Positions 1 to 7,631 of a DNA stretch of 8,372 nucleotides are shown here, in pieces (the stretch's first letter is position 1; each line of letters begins with the position of its first letter). A model generated the notes under the pieces. It saw only the letters and a program-made list of their open reading frames with translations, had not been told where the DNA came from and did not search any database. This DNA comes from Tubiluchus corallicola (taxonomy: Eukaryota > Animalia > Priapulida). The stretch is taken from the NCBI GenBank assembly GCA_030141605.1, contig JAQGDQ010002213.1:1-8372 (forward strand), written 5' to 3'. Position numbers and translations under genes: made by a program.

Positions 1-205
1 GTTGTTTCCTAGTCTAAAATGAAGTAAAGTACATTGTTAATAATAATGTTTCCTGTGTGTCAAATCACAGAGGCAGCGCAAACGTCTTTTTCGTTTATTT
101 ATCACTTCTTTGAGTGAATGTGTTCTGCCCTGTGCCTCACCTCTTTCTTTACCAAAGGAAGTATTCAAAAATTAGGTAAATGATTTCTCTAGTTATTCTC
201 TAGTT

Positions 206-635
206 ATGGCTCTTCGTGGTTCAAAATTTAGAAAGCATAAGCTAATATCCTTTGTCATGTTCACACAACATGTGCTTCTGTAAAGGTAGAGCGAAGGCAT
301 AGAAAAAAAAGTTGCGTTTAAAAATGGTTGCAATGAAGAAACACAAAAGGAAGCTATTACCAAATATTTAAATAATATTTCAAGAATTAAGAGCAGACAC
401 GACGAAATGATTTTTTAAATTACAAGCAAATGACACAAACAATGTTTAGTGACCTGCTAGATAAAATGAAAATTTCACCTGTCATACAAAAGAGTAAAAC
501 CTACGTCAGAGCTTGAGGGTAAATTTCATGCATATAATATAATAATTTTTGATATCCCACCTCTTTGGTTTGTCAATTATTATAAGGACCAGCAGAAACT
601 TTCGATCAGATTTTTTTGAATTTCTACCTTCTGGT
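206..635 (+). pseudogene. PIF/Harbinger (HARBI1-like) transposase 5' relic, copy 1
   Basis: Homologous to the relic at 1501-1919. Further disrupted by CGA>TGA in WLQ*R and the 11 bp insertion at 370-380. Confidence 0.75.
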
Positions 636-715
636 ACCTGTGTATCTATAAATCTTATTATGAATTCCCTATTCCTTTCTAGGCGCTCTGTCTTCATTTC
701 ACCATGCAGCCACAA
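506..715 (-). pseudogene. Possible MADF/Myb-SANT-like 5' remnant (second Harbinger gene), also at 1790-1999, 3099-3308 and 4385-4594, with an in-frame stop in units 5-7
   Basis: MKTERLE(R)NREFIIRFIDT ... DKPKRWDIKNYY resembles the MADF start pattern WxxExxxxFIxxY-xxxPxLWDxxxxxY. The two halves are separated by ~20 extra codons, so the resemblance is partial. Confidence 0.35.
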
Positions 716-866
716 ACATCAGTTTCTGCACCAATGTTAATTAGTTGTTATTAGATGTTGTAAACATGGTGTCTTTTTAATTGTGTCATTGCATAGGTAC
801 CACCTTTGTCATTTAAAGCAAATATAGAAAAGCTGTTACTACATGTATCTTCAAATGAAATAGACA

Positions 867-1127
867 GTAAGTCCATACTTTTGTAGAGAATGAGCACAAG
901 ATACGTACAGAATGAGTTATTACATGTAATGAACTGTTATACATGTTTTTATGAGTTGTTGTTAATTTTGCTAAACAATTGTTAAGTTAATTTTTAATAA
1001 AATATTTTGCACTTCACTTACAACTTAATATGAATCAGTCATATCAAACTAAATTAAAATATAGTAGTAGTTGTTTGTCCCAATATTTTATTGTTAAGAT
1101 GTTTGAGTTGCCGTTTTTCTGTTTCAG
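867..1127 (+). other. Intron-like segment (GTAAGT ... tttttctgtttcAG), 261 bp, repeated at 2151-2411, 3462-3722, 4748-5008, 5904-6164 and 7190-7450
   Basis: Consensus 5' splice-site hexamer, very AT-rich interior, and a pyrimidine tract plus CAG at the 3' end. No transcript evidence is available. Confidence 0.4.
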
Positions 1128-1307
1128 ATTTTAGAAGTTGCTGATGAGGGAAAAAACTTGCTGTTTTCTAGTGTCAAGTCAGTTGCCTATTTCTTCTGTT
1201 TCGTCAATGGCAGTTGTTAGCAGGTGCTACATGCATAAAGCTTTCATAGGCTTACTATTACTTGAGAAGAACAGTATTTGTTCCAAACATTTAAGTAGAA
1301 ATCACAA

Positions 1308-2592
1308 CTTGTATCCTAGTCTAATATGAAGAATAGTACAATGTTAATAATAATGCTTCCTGTGTGTCAAATCACAGAGGCAGCGCAAACGTCTTTTCTT
1401 TTACTTATCACCTCTTTGAGTGAATGTGTTCTGCCCTGTGCCTCACCTCTTTCTTTACCAAAGGAACTATTCAAAAATTAGGTAAATGATTTCTCTACTT
1501 ATGGCGCTTCGTGGTTCAAAATTTAGAAAGCATAAGCTAATATGCTTTGTCACGTTTGCACAACGTGTGCTTCTGTAAAGGTAGAGCAATGGCATAGAAA
1601 AAATGTTGCGTGTTAAAAATGGTTGCAACGAAGAAACACAAAAGGAAGCTATTACCAAATATTTCAAGAATTAAGAGCAGACACGACCAAATGATTTTTT
1701 AAATTACAAGCAAATGACACCAACAATGTTTAGTGACCTGCTAGATAAAATGAAAATTTCACCTGTCATACAAAAGAGTAAAACCTACGTCAGAGCTTGA
1801 GGGTAAATTTCGTGCATATAATATAATAATTTTTGATATCCCACCTCTTTGGTTTGTCAATTATTATAAGGACCAGAAGAAACTTTCGATCAGATTTCCT
1901 TGAATTTCTACCTTCTGGTACTTGTGTATCTATAAATCTTATTATGAATTCCCTATTACTTTCTAGGCACTCTGTATTCATTTCACCATGCAGCCACAAA
2001 CATCAGTTTCTGCACCAATGTTAATTAGTTGTTATTAGATGTTGTAAAAATGGTGTCTTTCTAAATTGTGTCATTGCATAGGTACACCTTTGTCATTTTA
2101 AAGCAATATAGAAAAGCTGTTACTACATGTATCTACAAATGAAATAGACAGTAAGTCCGTACTTTTGTAGAGAATGAGCACAGAATACGTACAGAATGAG
2201 TTATTACATGTAATGAACTGTTATACGTGTATTTATGAGTTGTTGTTAATTTTGCTAAACAATTTTTAAGTTAATTTTTAATAAAATATTTTGCACTTCA
2301 CTTACAACTTAATATGAATCAGGCATATCAAACTAAAATAAAATATAGTAGTAGTTGTTTGTCCCAATATTTTATTGTTAAGATGTTTGAGTTGCCATTT
2401 TTCTGTTTCAGATTATAGAAGTTGCTGATGAGGGAAAAAACTTGCTGTTTTCTAGTGTCAACTCTGTTGCCTATTTCTTCTGTTTCGTCAATGGCAGTTG
2501 TTAGCAGGTGCTACATGCAAAAAAGCTCACATAGGTTTACTATTACTTGAGAAGAACAGTATTTGTTCCAAAGACTTACGTAAAGATCACAA
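1308..2592. repeat. Unit 2 (B-type, 1285 bp)
   Basis: Lacks both 11 bp insertions and is otherwise colinear with unit 1. Confidence 0.95.
1501..1919 (+). pseudogene. PIF/Harbinger (HARBI1-like) transposase 5' relic, copy 2
   Basis: Manual translation gives ATG 1501 MALRGSKFRKHKLICFVTFAQRVLL*, then 1617-1691 KWLQRRNTKGSYYQIFQELRADTTK. After a frameshift, 1687-1797 reads PNDFLNYKQMTPTMFSDLLDKMKISPVIQKSKTYVRA, followed by PEE at 1873 and FLPSG at 1905-1919. The order of these motifs follows the Harbinger transposase N-terminal pattern WVxxWLxRR-G-Y-L-xELR-D-F-NYxRM-xxxF-xLL-xxxPxIxKxxTxxRxAIxPEExLxxTLRFLAxG, with matching spacing apart from a ~70 bp interruption before PEE. No DDE catalytic region was found. 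Confidence 0.8.
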
Positions 2593-3399
2593 GTTGTTTC
2601 CCAGTCTAAAATGAAGTAAAGTACATTGTTAATAATAATGTTTCCTGTGTGTCAAATCACAGAGGCAGCGCAAACGTCTTTTTCGTTTATTTATCACTTC
2701 TTTGAGTGAATGTGTTCTGCCCTGTGCCTCACCTCTTTCTTTACCAAAGGAAGTATTCAAAAATTAGGTAAATGATTTCTCTAGTTATTCTCTAGTTATG
2801 GCTCTTCGTGGTTCAAAATTTAGAAAGCATAAGCTAATATCCTTTGTCATGTTCACACAACATGTGCTTCTGTAAAGGTAGAGCGAAGGCATAGAAAAAA
2901 AAGTTGCGTTTAAAAATGGTTGCAATGAAGAAACACAAAAGGAAGCTATTACCAAATATTTAAATAATATTTCAAGAATTAAGAGCAGACACGACGAAAT
3001 GATTTTTTTAAATTACAAGCAAATGACACAAACAATGTTTAGTGACCTGCTAGATAAAATGAAAATTTCACCTGTCATACAAAAGAGTAAAACCTACGTC
3101 AGAGCTTGAGGGTAAATTTCGTGCATATAATATAATAATTTTTGATATCCCACCTCTTTGGTTTGTCAATTATTATAAGGACCAGCAGAAACTTTCGATC
3201 AGATTTTTTTGAATTTCTACCTTCTGGTACCTGTGTATCTATAAATCTTATTATGAATTCCCTATTCCTTTCTAGGCACTCCGTCTTCATTTCACCATGC
3301 AGCCACAAACATCAGTTTCCGCACCAATGTTAATTAGTTATTATTAGATGTTGTAAACATGGTGTCTTTCTTAATTGTGTCATTGCATAGGTACCACCT
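2506..3399. mobile_element. Candidate extent of a ~0.9 kb non-autonomous Harbinger derivative within each unit
   Basis: aggtgctac--atgcaa (2506-2520) aligns with the reverse complement of 3383-3399 (aggtggtacctatgcaa) at 14 of 17 positions and brackets both relics. No clean 3 bp target-site duplication is visible. Confidence 0.3.
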
Positions 3400-3902
3400 T
3401 TGTCATTTTAAAGCAAATATAGGAAAGCTGTTACTAAATGTATCTACAAATGAAATAGACAGTAAGTCCATACTTTTGTAGAGAATGAGCACAGAATACG
3501 TACAGAATGAGTTATTACATGTAATTAACTGTTATACATGTTTTTATGAGTTATTGTTAATTTTGCTAAACAATTGTTAAGTTAATTTTTAATAAAATAT
3601 TTTGCACTTCACTTGCAACTTAATATGAATCAGTCATATCAAACTAAATTAAAATATAGTAGTAGTTGTTTGTCCCAATATTTTATTGTTAAGATGTTTG
3701 AGTTGCCGTTTTTCTGTTTCAGATTTTAGAAGTTGCTGATGAGGGAAAAAACTTGCTGTTTTCTTGTGTCAAGTCAGTTGCCTATATCTTCTGTTTCGTC
3801 AATGGCAGTTGTTAGCAGGTGCTACATGCATAAAGCTTTCATAGGCTTACTATTACTTGAGAAGAACAGTATTTGTTCCAAACATTTAAGTAGAAATCAC
3901 AA
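2593..3902. repeat. Unit 3 (A-type, 1310 bp)
   Basis: Near-identical to unit 1, including both 11 bp insertions. Confidence 0.95.
2798..3228 (+). pseudogene. Harbinger transposase 5' relic, copy 3
   Basis: Same relic as copy 1, offset by ~2592 bp. Confidence 0.75.
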
Positions 3903-5189
3903 CTTGTATCCTAGTCTAATATGAAGAATAGTACAATGTTAATAATAATGTTTCCTCTGTGTCAAATCACAGAGGCAGCGCAAACGTCTTTTTCTTTACT
4001 TATCACTTCTTTGAGTGAATGTGTTCTGCTTTGTGCTTCACCTCTTTCTTTACCAAAGGAAGTATTCAAAAATTAGGTAAATGATTTCTCTACTTATGGC
4101 GCTTCGTGGTGCAAAATTTAGAAAGCATAAGCTAATATGCTTTGTCACGTTCGCACAACATGTGCTTCTGTAAAGGTAGAGCAATGGCATAGAAAAAATG
4201 TTGCGTGTTAAAAATGGTTGCAACGAAGAAACACAAAAGGAAGCTATTACAAAATATTTCAAGAATTAAGAGCAGACACGACCAAATGATTTTTTAAATT
4301 ACAAGCAAATGACACCAACAATGTTTAGTGACCTGCTAGATAAAATGAAAATTTCACCTGTCATACAAAAGAGTAAAACCTACGTCAGAGCTTGAGGGTA
4401 AATTTCGTGCATATAATATAATAATTTTTGATATCCCACCTCTTTGGTTTGTCAATTATTATAAGGACCAGAAGAAACTTTCGATCAGATTTCCTTGAAT
4501 TTCTACCTTCTGGTGCCTGTGTATTTATAAATCTTATTATGAATTCCCTGTTCCTTTCTAGGCGCCCTGTCTTCATTTCACCATGCAGCCACAAACATCA
4601 GTTTCCGCACCAATGTTAATTAGTTGTTATTAGATGTTGTAAACATGGTGTCTTTTTTAATTGTGTCATTGCATAGGTACCACCTTTGTCATTTTAAAGC
4701 AAATATAGAAAAGCTGTTACTACATGTATCTACAAATGAAATAGACAGTAAGTCCATACTTTTATAGAGAATGAGCACAAAATACGTACAGAATGAGTTA
4801 TTACATGTAATGAACTGTTATACATGTATTTATGAGTTGTTGTTAATTTTGCTAAACAATTGTTAAGTTAATTTTTAATAAAATATTTTGCAGTTCACTT
4901 ACAACTTAATTTGAATCAATCATATCAAACTAAATTAAAATATAGTAGTATTTGCTTGTCCCAATATTTTATTGTTAAGATGTTTGAGTTGCCATTTTTC
5001 TGTTTCAGATTATAGAAGTTGCTGATGAGGGAAAAAACTTGCTGTTTTCTAGTGTCAAGTCAGTTGCCTATTTCTTCTGTTTCGTCAATGGCAGTTGTTA
5101 GCAGGTGCTACATGCAAAAAACCTCACATAGGCTTACTATTACTTGAGAAGAACAGTATTTGTTCCAAACATTTAAGTAGAAATCACAA
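3903..5189. repeat. Unit 4 (B-type, 1287 bp)
   Basis: Lacks both insertions and shares private alleles with unit 6. Confidence 0.95.
4096..4514 (+). pseudogene. Harbinger transposase 5' relic, copy 4
   Basis: Same relic as copy 2, offset by 2595 bp. Confidence 0.78.
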
Positions 5190-6344
5190 CTTGTATCCTA
5201 GTCTAATATGAAGAATAGTACAATGTTAATAATAATGCTTCCTGTGTGTCAAATCACAGAGGCAGCGCAAACGTCTTTTCTTTTACTTATCACCTCTTTG
5301 AGTGAATGTGTTCTGCCCTGTGCCTCACCTCTTTCTTTACCAAAGGAACTATTCAAAAATTAGGTAAATGATTTCTCTACTTATGGCGCTACTATAAGCT
5401 ATTACCAAATATTTCAAGAATTAAGAGCAGACACGACGAAATGATTTTTTTAAATTACAAGCAAATGACACCAACAATGTTTAGCGACCTGCTAGATAAA
5501 AGGAAAATTTCACCTGTCATACAAAAGAGTAATACCAACGTCAGTGCTCGAGGGTAAATTTCGTGCATATAATATAATAATTTTTGATATCCCACCTCTT
5601 TGGTTTGTCAATTATTATAAGAACCAGAAGAAACTCTCTATAATCTTTCTATGAATTTCTACCTTCTGGTACTTGTGTATCTATAAATCTTATTATGAAT
5701 TCCCTATTACTTTCTAGGCACTCTGTATTCATTTCACCATGCAGCCACAAACATCAGTTTCTGCACCAATGTTAATTAGTTGTTATTAGATGTTGTAAAA
5801 ATGGTGTCTTTCTAAATTGTGTCATTGCATAGGTACCACCTTTGTCATTTTAAAGCAAATATAGAAAAGCTGTTACTACATGTATCTACAAATGAAATAG
5901 ACAGTAAGCCCATACTTTTGTAGAGAATGAGCACAAAATACGTACAGAATGAGTTATTACATGTAATGAACTGTTATGCATGTTTTTATGAGTTGCTGTT
6001 AATTTTGCTAAACAATTGTTAAGTTAATTTTTAATAAAATATTTTGCACTTCACTTACAACTTAATATGAATCAGTCATATCAAACCAAATTAAAATATA
6101 GTAGTAGTTGTTTGTCCCAATATTTTATTGTTAAGATGTTTGAGTTGCCGTTTTTCTGTTTCAGATTATAGAAGTTGCTGATGAGGGAAAAAACTTGCTG
6201 TTTTCTAGTGTCAAGTCAGTTGCCTATTTCTTCTGTTTCGTCAATGGCAGTTGTTAGCAGGTGCTACATGCATAAAGCTTTCATAGGCTTACTATTACTT
6301 GAGAAGAACAGTATTTGTTCCAAACATTTAAGTAGAAATCACAA
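5190..6344. repeat. Unit 5 (B-type with net 132 bp internal deletion, 1155 bp)
   Basis: The junction atggcgct-actat-aagctattacc at 5383-5406 replaces 137 bp present in unit 2 (1509-1645). Confidence 0.95.
5383..5670 (+). pseudogene. Harbinger transposase 5' relic, copy 5 (WLQRR block deleted)
   Basis: Retains YYQIFQELRAD, NYKQMTPTMFSDLLDK, SPVIQKSNTNV and the PEE/LSII/FLPSG pieces. Confidence 0.72.
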
Positions 6345-7631
6345 CTTGTATCCTAGTCTAATATGAAGAATAGTACAATGTTAATAATAATGTTTCCTGT
6401 GTGTCAAATCACAGAGGCAGCGCAAACGTCTTTTTCTTTACTTATCACTTCTTTGAGTGAATGTGTTCTGCTTTGTGCTTCACCTCTTTCTTTACCAAAG
6501 GAAGTATTCAAAAATTAGGTAAATGATTTCTCTACTTATGGCGCTTCGTGGTGCAAAATTTAGAAAGCATAAGCTAATATGCTTTGTCACGTTCGCACAA
6601 CATGTGCTTCTGTAAAGGTAGAGCAATGGCATAGAAAAAATGTTGCGTGTTAAAAATGGTTGCAACGAAGAAACACAAAAGGAAGCTATTACCAAATATT
6701 TCAAGAATTAAGAGCAGACACGACCAAATGATTTTTTAAATTACAAGCAAATGACACCAACAATGTTTAGCGACCTGCTAGATAAAAGGAAAATTTCACC
6801 TGTCATACAAAAGAGTAATACCAACGTCAGTGCTCGAGGGTAAATTTCGTGCATATAATATAATAATTTTTGATATCCCACCTCTTTGGTTTGTCAATTA
6901 TTATAAGAACCAGAAGAAACTCTCTATAATCTTTCTATGAATTTCTACCTTCTGGTACTTGTGTATCTATAAATCTTATTATGAATTCCCTATTCCTTTC
7001 TAGGCGCTCTGTCTTCATTTCACCATGCAGCCACAAACATCAGTTTCTGCACCAATGTTAATTAGTTGTTATTAGATGTTGTAAACATGGTGTCTTTCTT
7101 AATTGTGTCATTGCATAGGTACCACCTTTGTCATTTTAAAGCAAATATAGAAAAGCTGTTACTACATGTATCTACAAATGAAATAGACAGTAAGTCCATA
7201 CTTTTATAGAGAATGAGCACAAAATACGTACAGAATGAGTTATTACATGTAATGAACTGTTATACATGTATTTATGAGTTGTTGTTAATTTTGCTAAACA
7301 ATTGTTAAGTTAATTTTTAATAAAATATTTTGCAGTTCACTTACAACTTAATTTGAATCAATCATATCAAACTAAATTAAAATATAGTAGTATTTGCTTG
7401 TCCCAATATTTTATTGTTAAGATGTTTGAGTTGCCATTTTTCTGTTTCAGATTATAGAAGTTGCTGATGAGGGAAAAAACTTGCTGTTTTCTAGTGTCAA
7501 GTCAGTTGCCTATTTCTTCTGTTTCGTCAATGGCAGTTGATAGCAGGTGCTACATGCAAAAAACCTCACATAGGCTTACTATTACTTGAGAAGAACAGTA
7601 TTTGTTCCAAACATTTAAGTAGAAATCACAA
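6345..7631. repeat. Unit 6 (B-type mosaic, 1287 bp)
   Basis: The flanks match unit 4, while the central block (~6771-6938) matches units 5 and 7. Confidence 0.95.
6538..6956 (+). pseudogene. Harbinger transposase 5' relic, copy 6
   Basis: Reads KWLQRRNTKGSYYQIFQELRAD / PNDFLNYKQMTPTMFSDLLDKRKISPVIQKSNTNVSAR. The stretch cca gaa gaa a ctc tct ata atc ttt cta tga a ttt cta cct tct ggt is close to PEExLSITLRFLASG. Confidence 0.8.

Larger units (their letters stand above)
1..1307. repeat. Unit 1 (A-type, 1307 bp; unit register is arbitrary)
   Basis: Carries the 11 bp duplication ttctctagtta (185-195, 196-206) and the 11 bp insertion aaataatattt (370-380). Confidence 0.95.

Noticed and set aside
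482-506. Minus-strand ggttttactcttttgtatg resembling flatworm spliced-leader exons in a tandem array
   Set aside because: No GT donor follows the ATG, the motif is altered in units 5-7, and the segment is explained as transposase codons (IQKSKT) on the + strand.
588-636. accagaag...cttctggt inverted repeat as a pre-miRNA or H/ACA hairpin
   Set aside because: There is only an 8 bp outer stem, which is broken in A units, and the interior pairs poorly and varies between copies.
549-740. 63 aa + strand ORF (copies at 1833, 3142, 4428) as a real gene
   Set aside because: It is short and starts at a non-ATG codon. Only the FLPSG portion is explained, as part of the transposase relic, and recurrence just reflects the tandem repeat.
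1141-1160. CTGATGA followed by GAAA as a hammerhead ribozyme core or snoRNA box C
   Set aside because: Only 2 nt separate CTGATGA from GAAA, so stem II cannot form, and I found no convincing stems I and III. No suitably placed CTGA box D follows.
1138-1329. 63 aa + strand ORF MLMREKTCC... (copies at 3733, 6175)
   Set aside because: It has a TTG start and no recognisable domain, and it is not called at the equivalent position of the other three full units.
1467-1667. 66-70 aa - strand ORF MKYLVIASF... (copies at 4050, 6492)
   Set aside because: It is the antisense shadow of the transposase relic and is not preserved in A-type or deleted units.
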